A DNA stretch of 64,000 bases. It comes from an uncultured Flavobacteriaceae bacterium (GTDB lineage Bacteria; Bacteroidota; Bacteroidia; Flavobacteriales; Flavobacteriaceae). A model generated the notes under the pieces. The model was not told the DNA's origin and made no database searches. It saw nothing but the letters and a program-made list of their open reading frames with translations. The DNA is taken from the NCBI GenBank assembly GCA_964586115.1, contig CAZPHF010000001.1, forward strand, positions 9,766-73,765, read 5' to 3'. The position numbers and the translations under genes are program-made. Below are positions 49,495 to 59,501 of this stretch, one piece after another (position 1 is the first letter of the stretch; each line of letters starts with the position of its first letter).

Positions 49495-50679
49495 TTATTT
49501 TAATAATTCATAAACGCCCGCAGCACCCTGACCCGTTCCAACACACATGGTGACCACCCCGTATTTTTGTTTCCTTCTTCTCATTTCGTTGAATAGTTGT
49601 ACTGATAATTTTGCTCCCGTACATCCAAGGGGATGGCCTAGGGAAATGGCTCCTCCATTGACATTTACAATATCCTGATTAAGGCCTAATTCACGAATAA
49701 CCGCCAAAGATTGAGAGGCAAAGGCTTCATTTAGTTCAAATAGGTCTATATCATTTAGTTGAAGACCAGCTTGTTTCAGAGCCTTTGGTACTGCTGCTAC
49801 TGGGCCAATACCCATGATTCTGGGCTCAACACCAACAGCTGCAAAACTCACCATTCTTGCGATGGGTTCCAAGTTGAGTTCTTTAACCATTTCCTCACTC
49901 ATTACCAAAACAAAAGCTGCACCATCACTCATCTGTGATGAATTTCCAGCCGTAACACTTCCTTTATTAGCAAAGACAGGTCTCAGTTTGGCGAGGGCCT
50001 CAACAGATGTTCCTCTTCTGGGTCCTTCATCAGTTTTTGCCGTATAATTTCTTACCGATCGTTTACCGTTTTTATCTAAAAAGATCTGTTCAATATTGAT
50101 AGGAGCAATGTCATCATCAAATATGTTGTGGTCAATCGCATGTAATGCTTTCATGTGAGAATTATATGAAAACAAGTCCTGATCTTCACGACTCACCTTA
50201 TATTGCTCAGCCACAGCCTCCGCTGTAAGCCCCATACCCCAATAATAATCTTCGTGCCCTTCTTTAGCAGATTTGTAATTCGGCACCGGTCTGTAGCCAC
50301 CCATTGGGATATAGCTCATACTTTCCACACCTCCTGCCACAATACAATCTGCCATACCAGCTTGTATTTTTGCTGTTGCCATACTGATCGTTTCAAGTCC
50401 AGAAGCACAGTAACGATTAACAGTTACTCCTGCAACATCGTTTACTTTGGTTCCCATAAGGGATATCAATCTTCCTACGTTAAGACCTTGTTCGGCTTCA
50501 GGCATTGCATTTCCGACAATTACATCGTCAATTCTTTTTACATCCAATTCGGGTACCTGCTTTAACAAGTGTTCTATGGTTTCAGAGGCAAGTTCATCAG
50601 GTCTTTTAAACCTGAAGGTACCTCTGGGTGCTTTTCCTACTGCTGTTCGGTATCCTTTTATGATATATGCTGTTCTCAT
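49495..50679 (-). CDS. fadA: Acetyl-CoA C-acyltransferase (thiolase)
   Basis: NRYCASG, AGNSSQMSDGAA, NEAFA, GHPLGCTG, MCVGTGQG. Confidence 0.93.
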   Translation of the reverse strand: MRTAYIIKGYRTAVGKAPRGTFRFKRPDELASETIEHLLKQVPELDVKRIDDVIVGNAMPEAEQGLNVGRLISLMGTKVNDVAGVTVNRYCASGLETISMATAKIQAGMADCIVAGGVESMSYIPMGGYRPVPNYKSAKEGHEDYYWGMGLTAEAVAEQYKVSREDQDLFSYNSHMKALHAIDHNIFDDDIAPINIEQIFLDKNGKRSVRNYTAKTDEGPRRGTSVEALAKLRPVFANKGSVTAGNSSQMSDGAAFVLVMSEEMVKELNLEPIARMVSFAAVGVEPRIMGIGPVAAVPKALKQAGLQLNDIDLFELNEAFASQSLAVIRELGLNQDIVNVNGGAISLGHPLGCTGAKLSVQLFNEMRRRKQKYGVVTMCVGTGQGAAGVYELLK

Positions 50680-50682
50680 GTT

Positions 50683-53085
50683 CTAATTTCTTAATGGTTT
50701 ACCTGTTTTTAAAGTATGTTCTATTCTTTCCAGGGTTTTGCGTTCGGTTAATAGAGAAAGTATCGCTTCTCTTTCTAGGTCAAGAAGGTATTGTTCTGTA
50801 ACCAAAGTGGGTTCAGAAAGGTCACCACCCGCCATTATATAAGCTAGTTTATTGGCAATTTTTTTATCGTGTTCAGAAGCGTATCGACCTTTCTCCAGAC
50901 TATCAGTTCCAACAAGAAACATTCCCAATGCTTGTTGCCCTAAGACCTTAACTAGCTGAGGTGCGGGTTTGGTATAACCATCTTCAAGCATTTGAAGTGC
51001 ATACCTTTTGGCTGTTGCGATTTGTCGGTCAGCATTTACCACTACGATGTCCTTACCTTTTTGAAAATATCCTAAGTCAAATGCTTCTTCAGCAGAAGTT
51101 GCTACTTTGGCCATGGCGATGTTGATAAAGGTGTCTCTAAGTCTATTCAGTTTGACATCATCTTTCTTCCAAAGTTCAGAAACACGTTTGGTCATTTCTT
51201 TCGTACCAGCACCCGCAGGTATAATACCAACGCCGAATTCAACAAGCCCGGTATAAGTTTCAGCAGCAGCAACAACCATATCGGCATGAAGACCCATTTC
51301 GCATGCTCCTCCAAATGTCATCCCTCTTGGAGTGATCAAAGTGGGGACCGAGCTATATTTTAGTCTCATTACGGTATTTTGAAACATCCTGGTCGCCATA
51401 GACAATTCGTCATACTCTTGTTCAATTGCCAGCATAAAGGCCATAGCCAAGTTGGCGCCTACCGAAAAATTGGCTGCTTGATTACCGAGAATAACGGCTT
51501 CGTATTCCTGCTCTGCAAGATCGATTCCTTTGTTGATTGCTTGAAGCACTCCACTACCAATGGTATTCATTTTAGACTGAAATTCAACATTTAAGATACC
51601 ATCACCTAAATGTTGAATTGAAGCTTCTTTGTTGCTCCAAATAGTTTTTGATTCTCTGATATTGTCCAAGATGATAAAGGCATCCTGGCCAGGAATTTTG
51701 ATTTGCTCCTGCTTGTCAAGATCAAAGTAATATTTAGATCCATTCTCAATACTGTAAAAGGAATTACTCCCTTTTGACAACATATCAATGACCCATGCAT
51801 TAGGGGTATGACCCTCTTTGGACATCATTTCAATACCTTTTTCCACACCTATAGCATCCCAGATTTGGAACGGACCATGTTCCCATCCAAAGCCCGCTTT
51901 CATCGCATCGTCAATTCTGTATAATTCATCTGAAATTTCTGGAATCCTGTTAGAGGCATAGGCAAAGATTGCCGAAAGCGTTTTTCTGTAAAAATCTCCG
52001 GCTTTATCTGTCCCTTTTACAAGAATTTTAAACCTGTCAATAACCTTTTCAACTGTTTTGGTATGTGCCAGACTTGGGAAGGAGACCTTATTGGCTTTAC
52101 GGTATTCCATACTGTTGAGATCCAGTACAAGTATTTCCTTTTTCCCGTTAGCGAGAGTTTTTTTATAAAAACCTTGTTGTGTCTTGCTTCCCAGCCATTT
52201 ATTTTCCATCATCGTATTGACAAAATCAGGGATGGCGAAGCTACTGTGCATTTCGTCATTGGGTGCATTTTGAGCCACACCATTAGCGGTGTGTACCAAG
52301 GTGTCAAGACCTACAACGTCAATTGTTCTAAAGGTAGCTGACTTGGGTCGTCCAACGAGCGGCCCGGTCAGTTTGTCAACTTCTTCTACAGTAAGATCCA
52401 TCTCTTTCACGATATGAAAGAGACTCATAATACCGAATATACCTATTCGGTTTCCTATAAAAGCAGGAGTGTCTTTGGCAAGTACTGCGGTTTTCCCCAA
52501 ATACTTTTCTCCGTACATCATGAGAAAATCCTTAACTTCTGTCAAGCAGGAGGGACCTGGCACCACTTCAAAGAGTTTTAAATATCTTGGAGGATTAAAG
52601 AAATGAGTAACAGCAAAATGCTTTTGAAAATCTTCGCTTCTGCCCTCGTTCATAAATTTGATCGGAATTCCCGAAGTATTGGATGTAATCAGGCTCCCCT
52701 TTTTTCTGAATTTTTCAATCTTCTCAAAAACCTGTTTTTTAATATCCAATCTTTCCACTACTACCTCAATGACCCAGTCGACATCTTTGATTCCTTCAAG
52801 ATCGTCTTCCATATTCCCTGTACTTATTCGGGAAGCAAAGGATTGGTCATAAATTGGCGATGGTTTTGATTTCAAAGAGGCCTTAAGACTGTCATTGACA
52901 AGTCTGTTTCTTACTCGTTTATCTTCAAGAGTAAGATTTTGAGCTTCTTCGGCTTTACTGAGTTCTCTGGGAATGATATCCAGTAACAATACCTCAACAC
53001 CGATATTAGCGAAATGACAAGCGATACCGGAACCCATTATTCCGGAGCCAATCACAGCTACTTTATTAATATGTCTGTTTTTCAT
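50683..53085 (-). CDS. 3-hydroxyacyl-CoA dehydrogenase/enoyl-CoA hydratase (FadN-type)
   Basis: GSGIMGSGIA, SNTSGIP, HFFNPPRY, FIGNRIG; C-terminal crotonase domain (FSVGANL, GGACE, GLVEFGVG). Confidence 0.93.
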   Translation of the reverse strand: MKNRHINKVAVIGSGIMGSGIACHFANIGVEVLLLDIIPRELSKAEEAQNLTLEDKRVRNRLVNDSLKASLKSKPSPIYDQSFASRISTGNMEDDLEGIKDVDWVIEVVVERLDIKKQVFEKIEKFRKKGSLITSNTSGIPIKFMNEGRSEDFQKHFAVTHFFNPPRYLKLFEVVPGPSCLTEVKDFLMMYGEKYLGKTAVLAKDTPAFIGNRIGIFGIMSLFHIVKEMDLTVEEVDKLTGPLVGRPKSATFRTIDVVGLDTLVHTANGVAQNAPNDEMHSSFAIPDFVNTMMENKWLGSKTQQGFYKKTLANGKKEILVLDLNSMEYRKANKVSFPSLAHTKTVEKVIDRFKILVKGTDKAGDFYRKTLSAIFAYASNRIPEISDELYRIDDAMKAGFGWEHGPFQIWDAIGVEKGIEMMSKEGHTPNAWVIDMLSKGSNSFYSIENGSKYYFDLDKQEQIKIPGQDAFIILDNIRESKTIWSNKEASIQHLGDGILNVEFQSKMNTIGSGVLQAINKGIDLAEQEYEAVILGNQAANFSVGANLAMAFMLAIEQEYDELSMATRMFQNTVMRLKYSSVPTLITPRGMTFGGACEMGLHADMVVAAAETYTGLVEFGVGIIPAGAGTKEMTKRVSELWKKDDVKLNRLRDTFINIAMAKVATSAEEAFDLGYFQKGKDIVVVNADRQIATAKRYALQMLEDGYTKPAPQLVKVLGQQALGMFLVGTDSLEKGRYASEHDKKIANKLAYIMAGGDLSEPTLVTEQYLLDLEREAILSLLTERKTLERIEHTLKTGKPLRN

Positions 53086-53110
53086 TAGATGATAATTTGT
53101 GCTTAGTTCT

Positions 53111-53551
53111 TTAGTCCTTAAATATTGATTTTTGATAAATGAGTTCGTTGATCAGATCAGTAACCTCAAAAAAGTGATCAATTTTTACAGGATCGACCTG
53201 ATCTCTTACTGTTTGATTGAATTTATAAACAGAAGCCTTTGATATATCTCTTTTTTCTATACCTAGCTGAGTAAGTTTAATGAACACACCTCTTCCGTCT
53301 TCAGGGTTTTTTTCTCTAAAAATCAAGCCTCTTTCTTCCATACTTTTCAAAATTCTAGAGAGACTTGTTGCTTCCATTCCCATCGAGGGTCCTAAAGCGG
53401 TTGAAGGCGTACCGTTTTCTGCGTCAATATATAATAAAGACATGGCCATGGCCATGGTACTATCATGCTTGGCTGCTTGTTCATTATAGATCTTGGCAAC
53501 AGCCTGCCAAGTAGCTCTTAAGGCATGATCTATGGTTTTTTCTTTTTGCAT
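53111..53551 (-). CDS. MarR family transcriptional regulator
   Basis: Winged HTH TALGPSMGMEATSLSRILKSME...DGRGVFIKLT; first gene of the fad operon. Confidence 0.92.
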   Translation of the reverse strand: MQKEKTIDHALRATWQAVAKIYNEQAAKHDSTMAMAMSLLYIDAENGTPSTALGPSMGMEATSLSRILKSMEERGLIFREKNPEDGRGVFIKLTQLGIEKRDISKASVYKFNQTVRDQVDPVKIDHFFEVTDLINELIYQKSIFKD

Positions 53552-53568
53552 ATGTCAAATATAGGAAA

Positions 53569-53592
53569 AAATACTATGCATGCATAGTATTT
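53569..53592. promoter_or_regulatory. Perfect 24-bp palindromic operator
   Basis: AAATACTATGCA|TGCATAGTATTT, 18 bp upstream of the marR start. Confidence 0.8.
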
Positions 53593-53671
53593 AAAAAAAA
53601 AGTTACTTTTTAAAATAAATATTTGTAAATTGAAGACCCAACCTTTGATCAACCAAACAAATACAGTTTTT

Positions 53672-54367
53672 ATGGAAATACGCGAACTAATAGGAAAAAT
53701 TACCCTTCAGGAAAATGTGAGTCCTATTGAAAGGAACAAAATAAATGGCACATTCGTAATTCATATTCCTAATCCTTTAGCATCCTACTACAGTCGTTTT
53801 ACTGAGGTGAATAGGCCAAATTCGATTGTTTTTGCCACTAAAAATTCAGTTTCATTTGAAAAAATACTAAGAGCGACCAAAATCATCAATGAAAAAGAAG
53901 GTCTTGTTTTAAATGGGGCCAAATGCGAGGTAAATATTGGGCGTAATAAGTACAGTGGCATCCGGGTAACAGGAATTGACAGGTATACCAATATTGATAT
54001 GGTTCAAAAAGCCTATCAAGAAGGTGGTTTTGAATTTCATAAAAATGTGAGACTCGGTAAAGGAACAGATGCTATGATCAGGGTCAATAAATTCTTTAGT
54101 TTAATTGATGTGGAAGATAAGATATACCGATCACCAAATAATAAGGATAGGTTTTATTTTGAAATTCCCAGATATGTGAATTGGAATGATTTTAGAGAGA
54201 TGACCTTTGATGTTAAAAATAATATTTCTGTTAGTAATTATGACATTGCCAAAGGAATAATTTATGAAAAAGACGGTATCACTGACATTCTCCGTGTTAT
54301 CAAACCCAATATAACCGTTGAAATGGTTCAACAAATCAGGGATAAATACCTGGATAGACTCAGCTAG
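53672..54367 (+). CDS. Hypothetical cytoplasmic protein with internal duplication
   Basis: ATG 53672; two roughly 65-aa halves align on F..V(S/N)(F/W)..T..AK..(I/L)RV..MVQ. Confidence 0.72.
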   Translation: MEIRELIGKITLQENVSPIERNKINGTFVIHIPNPLASYYSRFTEVNRPNSIVFATKNSVSFEKILRATKIINEKEGLVLNGAKCEVNIGRNKYSGIRVTGIDRYTNIDMVQKAYQEGGFEFHKNVRLGKGTDAMIRVNKFFSLIDVEDKIYRSPNNKDRFYFEIPRYVNWNDFREMTFDVKNNISVSNYDIAKGIIYEKDGITDILRVIKPNITVEMVQQIRDKYLDRLS

Positions 54368-54426
54368 GTAATTTATCAATTTTTTCGACGTTCATTTTAC
54401 TATATTTGATTTTTTAAAATTCTTCT

Positions 54427-55356
54427 ATGGATCAAATTTTAGTGGCTGAAAATATTGTTAAGAATTTTGGTTCTTTTAAAGCCTTGAATCAAGTTTCATT
54501 GCAGGTTCCAAAGGGAAGTATATTTGGCTTGTTAGGTCCTAATGGGGCAGGAAAGACCACCTTGATCAGGATCATTAATCAAATTACCATGCCAGACGAA
54601 GGACAGGTATATTTTGACGGTAAACCTCTTGCTCCAAATGATGTACATTTTATAGGTTATTTACCTGAAGAAAGAGGTTTGTATAAGCGAATGAAAATCG
54701 GAGAGCAGGCGCTTTATCTGGCACAATTGAAGGGTTTGTCTAAACAGGATGCGAAAAGGAAATTGAAATTCTGGTTTGAAAAGTTTGAAATTACACCGTG
54801 GTGGAATAAGAAAGTCGAAGAACTTTCAAAAGGAATGGCTCAAAAACTTCAATTTATTATCACGGTCTTGCACGAACCTAAATTATTAATCTTTGATGAA
54901 CCCTTTAGCGGATTCGATCCGATCAATGCAAATTTGATCAAAGATGAGATCATCAATTTAAAAAATAGAGGGGCTTCTATCATATTTTCGACGCACAGAA
55001 TGGAATCAGTTGAAGAATTATGTGAATATATTGCGCTGATTCATAAGTCAAATAAAGTACTTGATGGGAAATTGGTCGATATTAAAAGAGAGTTCAAAAC
55101 CAACACTTTTGAAGTAGGGTTGTCGACTGCTGATAAATCTACCTTAAAAATGGAACTTAAAGAAAGATTCGAGGTGAGCCCTGCCAGTTTTAAATCACTG
55201 GATGACGATCTTAAACTGAATATCAGGCTTGCTAAAGGAAGTACTTCCTCTGATCTTATTAGGTATTTGAACAGCAAATCATCTATTACGCATTATAAGG
55301 AGGTGATTCCAACTGCCAATGATATTTTTATTCAAACTGTTAATAGAAATTCTTAG
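54427..55356 (+). CDS. ABC-2 ATP-binding protein (NatA/YhaQ-like)
   Basis: GPNGAGKTT, YLPEERGLY, LSKGMAQK, FDEPFSGFDP. Confidence 0.9.
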   Translation: MDQILVAENIVKNFGSFKALNQVSLQVPKGSIFGLLGPNGAGKTTLIRIINQITMPDEGQVYFDGKPLAPNDVHFIGYLPEERGLYKRMKIGEQALYLAQLKGLSKQDAKRKLKFWFEKFEITPWWNKKVEELSKGMAQKLQFIITVLHEPKLLIFDEPFSGFDPINANLIKDEIINLKNRGASIIFSTHRMESVEELCEYIALIHKSNKVLDGKLVDIKREFKTNTFEVGLSTADKSTLKMELKERFEVSPASFKSLDDDLKLNIRLAKGSTSSDLIRYLNSKSSITHYKEVIPTANDIFIQTVNRNS

Positions 55357-55373
55357 GTAATTAATAGATTCAA

Positions 55374-56687
55374 ATGAACAAATTAAAACTAATCATACAG
55401 AGAGAATTTCTGGCGAAGGTGAGAAATCGAACTTTTATAGTTATGACTTTTTTGAGTCCTATATTGATGATCGGAATGATCGCTCTGGTTGCCTTATTGA
55501 CAAAAAGTAGTATCGAAAAGAAAAGTACAGTAGCTTTTGTTGATGATTCAGGTCTTTTTCATGGAGATGATTTTAGTAAAGATAAATCGGTAACATTTGA
55601 AGATCTTACTGAAATTGGTCTTGAAAAAGCCAAGATCATTGTTAGAGAATCTTCACAAGAAGGATTATTATATATTCCTTCAAAAGTAGGTATTGATGAG
55701 GTCGCAGCAAATATTCAGTTCTTCTCCGAAGAATCACCAAGTATGATTACCATCTCAACTTTAGAAGGGATTCTTGACAAGAAACTGGAGAATGAGAAAA
55801 TGAAACAGTTGGGCATCGATCTAGTGAAACTGGAAAAATCAAAAGTAGACATCGATATTAGAATGTCTAATTTTAGTGGAATAAAATCTTCTAAACTGAT
55901 CAATGGTATCAAAATAGGGATTGGAATGGGTGCTGGCTATCTGATCATGATGTTTATATTGATTTATGGAGCTATGGTCATGAGAAGTGTTATTGAGGAA
56001 AAGACTAGCCGTATTATAGAAGTGATCATTTCATCAGTAAAACCATTTCAATTGATGCTAGGAAAAATATTTGGTACCGCCTTGGCTGGTTTGACACAAT
56101 TTGTGGTCTGGGGGCTTTTAATGCTATTGATATTTGTTGGGAGTTCTTACTTCTTCGGAGTAGAATTGCATAATAATGGCGTTGGAATGCAGCAAATGGG
56201 AGCAGAGCAAATGAATCAACTGGCTCAAAATGAAACGCAGCTTGTGTTTGATGAATTGATGAGTTTACCCTTGATCAGTACATTTGTCTATTTTATACTT
56301 TATTTTTTGTTGGGTTATTTGTTGTATAGCTCTCTGTATGCAGCTATTGGGGCTGCAGTTGACAATGAAACTGATACCCAGCAATTTATGCTTCCTATTA
56401 TGTTACCATTGATGCTGGGAGTTTATATTGGATTTGCCACAGTAATAAATGATCCTCATGGCACCGTTGCAACTGTATTCTCACTGATTCCTTTTACTTC
56501 ACCTATTGTCATGCTAATGCGAATTCCTTTTGGAGTTCCGTGGTGGCAGATCCTTATCTCACTTACTTTGCTATTGTTAAGTTTTTTAGGAGTCGTGTGG
56601 ATAGCAGCAAAAGTATATAGAGTAGGAATTCTTATGTACGGAAAAAAGATAAGTTATAAAGAATTAATGAAGTGGGTTCGCTATTAA
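55374..56687 (+). CDS. ABC-2 permease (NatB/YhaP-like)
   Basis: IIQREFL, VIEEKTSRIIEV, GKIFG, YAAIGAAV, PFTSPIVMLMR. Confidence 0.9.
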   Translation: MNKLKLIIQREFLAKVRNRTFIVMTFLSPILMIGMIALVALLTKSSIEKKSTVAFVDDSGLFHGDDFSKDKSVTFEDLTEIGLEKAKIIVRESSQEGLLYIPSKVGIDEVAANIQFFSEESPSMITISTLEGILDKKLENEKMKQLGIDLVKLEKSKVDIDIRMSNFSGIKSSKLINGIKIGIGMGAGYLIMMFILIYGAMVMRSVIEEKTSRIIEVIISSVKPFQLMLGKIFGTALAGLTQFVVWGLLMLLIFVGSSYFFGVELHNNGVGMQQMGAEQMNQLAQNETQLVFDELMSLPLISTFVYFILYFLLGYLLYSSLYAAIGAAVDNETDTQQFMLPIMLPLMLGVYIGFATVINDPHGTVATVFSLIPFTSPIVMLMRIPFGVPWWQILISLTLLLLSFLGVVWIAAKVYRVGILMYGKKISYKELMKWVRY

Positions 56688-56712
56688 TCTCACCTTAAAA
56701 TAAGAAAAAAAA

Positions 56713-57876
56713 ATGCCTAAAATATTAATAATAGAAGATGAAGATGCCATTAGAAGGGTGCTGATCAAGATCATTAAAAATGAGAATAGCAGCTTTGAGG
56801 TTGAAGATGCTGCTGATGGTTTAGAAGGATTTGAGATGATTCAAACTACTGATTATGATCTTGTTCTTTGCGATATAAAAATGCCTAAGATGGACGGAGT
56901 TGAAGTGCTTGAAAAGGCCCTCGCTGTTAAACCTGAAATACCATTTATCATGATTTCGGGCCATGGTGAGTTGGAAACTGCTGTGCAAACCATGAGACTG
57001 GGAGCCTTTGATTATATCTCAAAACCGCCAGATCTAAATCGCTTGCTGAACGCTATTAGAAACGCACTTGACAAAAAGCAACTTGTTGTTGAAAATATAA
57101 GGCTGAAGAAAAAGGTTGATAAGAATTATGAAATGATCGGCGAAAGCCTGGAAACAGAAAAAATAAAGGCGATCATTGAAAAAGTAGCTCCAACTGAGGC
57201 ACGTGTCTTGATCACGGGTGAAAATGGGACAGGAAAGGAATTGGTAGCGCATTGGTTGCATCAGAAAAGTGAGCGCTCCAAATTCCCTATGATTGAAGTG
57301 AATTGTGCAGCAATCCCTTCAGAGCTTATCGAAAGCGAGCTATTTGGTCATGTCAAGGGTTCCTTTACCGGAGCAAACAAGGACAGGGCCGGGAAATTTG
57401 AAGCCGCTAATGGCGGAACCATATTTTTAGATGAAATTGGAGATATGAGTCTTTCTGCTCAGGCTAAAGTGTTGAGAGCACTGCAGGAAAATAAGATCAG
57501 TCGGGTAGGGAGTGATAAAGACATAAAAGTGGATGTGCGCGTTATAGCTGCCACCAATAAAAAGTTGAATAGGGAAATTGCAAAAGGTAGATTCAGGGAG
57601 GATCTATACCATCGTTTAGCAGTTATATTGATCAATGTTCCAGCCCTTAACGAACGTAAAGATGATATTCCATTGTTGGTTGATTATTTTTCCCAACTTA
57701 TTGCTGACCAACAGGGAACTGCAAAAAAGCAGTTTAGTGATGGGGCGCTAGAATTACTTAAAGCATACAATTGGACGGGTAATATAAGAGAATTGCGGAA
57801 TGTAGTTGAAAGATTAATGATTCTTGGTGAAGACATCATCACAGAGAAAGATGTTAAACTATTTGCAAATAAATAA
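56713..57876 (+). CDS. Sigma-54-dependent response regulator (NtrC family)
   Basis: Receiver domain DIKMP; GENGTGKEL, ELFGHVKGSFTGA, FLDEIG, FREDLYHRL; no obvious C-terminal HTH. Confidence 0.92.
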   Translation: MPKILIIEDEDAIRRVLIKIIKNENSSFEVEDAADGLEGFEMIQTTDYDLVLCDIKMPKMDGVEVLEKALAVKPEIPFIMISGHGELETAVQTMRLGAFDYISKPPDLNRLLNAIRNALDKKQLVVENIRLKKKVDKNYEMIGESLETEKIKAIIEKVAPTEARVLITGENGTGKELVAHWLHQKSERSKFPMIEVNCAAIPSELIESELFGHVKGSFTGANKDRAGKFEAANGGTIFLDEIGDMSLSAQAKVLRALQENKISRVGSDKDIKVDVRVIAATNKKLNREIAKGRFREDLYHRLAVILINVPALNERKDDIPLLVDYFSQLIADQQGTAKKQFSDGALELLKAYNWTGNIRELRNVVERLMILGEDIITEKDVKLFANK

Positions 57877-57896
57877 AACTACTTTTAACTTATAAA

Positions 57897-58352
57897 CTAC
57901 TTATTCTGTTGGGTTTTTCTTTTTCTATACTCGGATAAAAGTCGTTTATTGAAATTCATTTCTGCCTGATATAATATCAAAAGTTTTGTAGAGGAAAGAA
58001 TTTTAGAGAGTTCCTTGTACATTTTTTCTCTTGTAACCGAGGCTTCCTTTTCAGCTGCTAGCATTTTAAAAACTATGTTAGTTGCTTCTTCAGCACTTAT
58101 GTTTTCAGGACCTCCTAATTCTTTGATTCGGTGTCTTTCTTTTCTGCCTTTTTCAACTTTTAAGCTGAATAGTTTTTTATCGTATTTATTATAAACGGGC
58201 CAGAATTTTTCAGCCTCCTTAGGACTTAGATCAAGTTCTTCTGTGATATAGGCAGTTTTGTAGGCCTTTATGCGTTCTTTTCCTCCTTGCTGAGCATTCG
58301 CCTGAATGCAAAATAAAAAGACCAATATACTAATGATCATTGCTTTGTTCAT
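57897..58352 (-). CDS. Periplasmic helical protein (Spy/CpxP-like) of the ECF module
   Basis: Signal peptide ...ANA|Q; KAYKTAYITEELDLSPKEAEKFWPVYN. Confidence 0.7.
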   Translation of the reverse strand: MNKAMIISILVFLFCIQANAQQGGKERIKAYKTAYITEELDLSPKEAEKFWPVYNKYDKKLFSLKVEKGRKERHRIKELGGPENISAEEATNIVFKMLAAEKEASVTREKMYKELSKILSSTKLLILYQAEMNFNKRLLSEYRKRKTQQNK

Positions 58353-58353
58353 G

Positions 58354-58929
58354 CTATCTGTTTTCTAAAATTAAATTCTCAATATCGACACTATTCAAAT
58401 ACTCATCAATGTCATCTTCTGCATACAATGTAAGCTCAAGTTCAACATCATTAAAGGCTTCTGCGATTTCGTATGTATTTAGATCTACAAGATCAGATTC
58501 GATCCATTTTACAAATTCTTCATCCTGAAAAACCAGTTGACTCTGAATGTTATCTTTGGTAATCATATAGTTAAGACCAAAAAATAATAAAATTGAGGCT
58601 GCAATTGAAAGTGATAAAATTCTAATAGATTCATTTTTTATCGGAATTACTTTGGTTTTTTTAAGACCTGAAATTTTTGATTCAATTGTATCAAAATACG
58701 CATCAGGCACACTAAAACCAGGATTTTTTCCAATTTGATCCAAAGTGAAGGAATCATTTTGTGCTAGGTCATTTTTATCATTTTCCTTAAATTTTTCTTG
58801 ATTGGAATCAATTTCACCTGTGGCATGATCAATACGATCTTCCAGACTGTCAAAATACGTCTTTGGCACCGTAAATCCAGGCCCTGTTCCTTTTAACCTG
58901 TTCAATATGTTCTCTTTCTTTCTATCCAT
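58354..58929 (-). CDS. Putative anti-sigma factor
   Basis: ATG 58929; twice-repeated GF(T/S)VP..YFD motif, one TM (SIAASILLFFGL), acidic periplasmic tail; follows the ECF sigma. Confidence 0.7.
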   Translation of the reverse strand: MDRKKENILNRLKGTGPGFTVPKTYFDSLEDRIDHATGEIDSNQEKFKENDKNDLAQNDSFTLDQIGKNPGFSVPDAYFDTIESKISGLKKTKVIPIKNESIRILSLSIAASILLFFGLNYMITKDNIQSQLVFQDEEFVKWIESDLVDLNTYEIAEAFNDVELELTLYAEDDIDEYLNSVDIENLILENR

Positions 58930-58942
58930 GATCTTCTTCTTC

Positions 58943-59485
58943 TTATTGATTGACAAGAATTGCTTCAATTTTTTTTCTGGCATGATGATAGGAAGCTTTT
59001 AATGCCCCTACTGATGTATCAAGTATATCAGATATTTCATCATATTTTAATTCGTCAAAATACCTCATGTTAAAAACAAGTTGCTGTTTCTGAGGTAAAG
59101 TGACGATGGCCTTTTGCAATTTCAATTGTATTTCATCACCATCAAAATAAACATCCTCTTCCAGATTTTCAACCCGTTGCTCTTGTAAGGTCTGCATATC
59201 AACTTGCAATTGCTTTGCTTTCTTATTTAAAAAATTGATAGATTCATTGGTAGCGATACGGTACATCCATGAATAGAGTTTACTATCGCCTTTAAAGCCA
59301 TCAATATGCCTAAAAACCTTTATAAAGGTATTTTGCAATACGTCATCTGTGTCTTCGTGATTCAACACCATTTTCCTTATATGCCAGTAAAGTCGCTCCT
59401 TATGGGTTGTAACAAGGGTGCGATAAGAAGCATCCCTTGTGCGGGGATCCTTTAGCTGACCTATAAGAATTTCTTCATCAAGCAC
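58943..59485 (-). CDS. ECF RNA polymerase sigma factor
   Basis: DDVLQNTFIKVF, SWMYRIATN, YDEISDIL..SVGALKASYHHA; GTG start. Confidence 0.93.
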   Translation of the reverse strand: MLDEEILIGQLKDPRTRDASYRTLVTTHKERLYWHIRKMVLNHEDTDDVLQNTFIKVFRHIDGFKGDSKLYSWMYRIATNESINFLNKKAKQLQVDMQTLQEQRVENLEEDVYFDGDEIQLKLQKAIVTLPQKQQLVFNMRYFDELKYDEISDILDTSVGALKASYHHARKKIEAILVNQ

Positions 59486-59501
59486 TTTTGTTTATGTATT
59501 A

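Noticed and set aside
57855-57902. Three (T/A)AAACTA(C/T)TT copies at about 19-bp spacing
   Set aside because: Short, AT-rich, partly in coding sequence, between convergent genes; no CRISPR-like spacers or cas genes.
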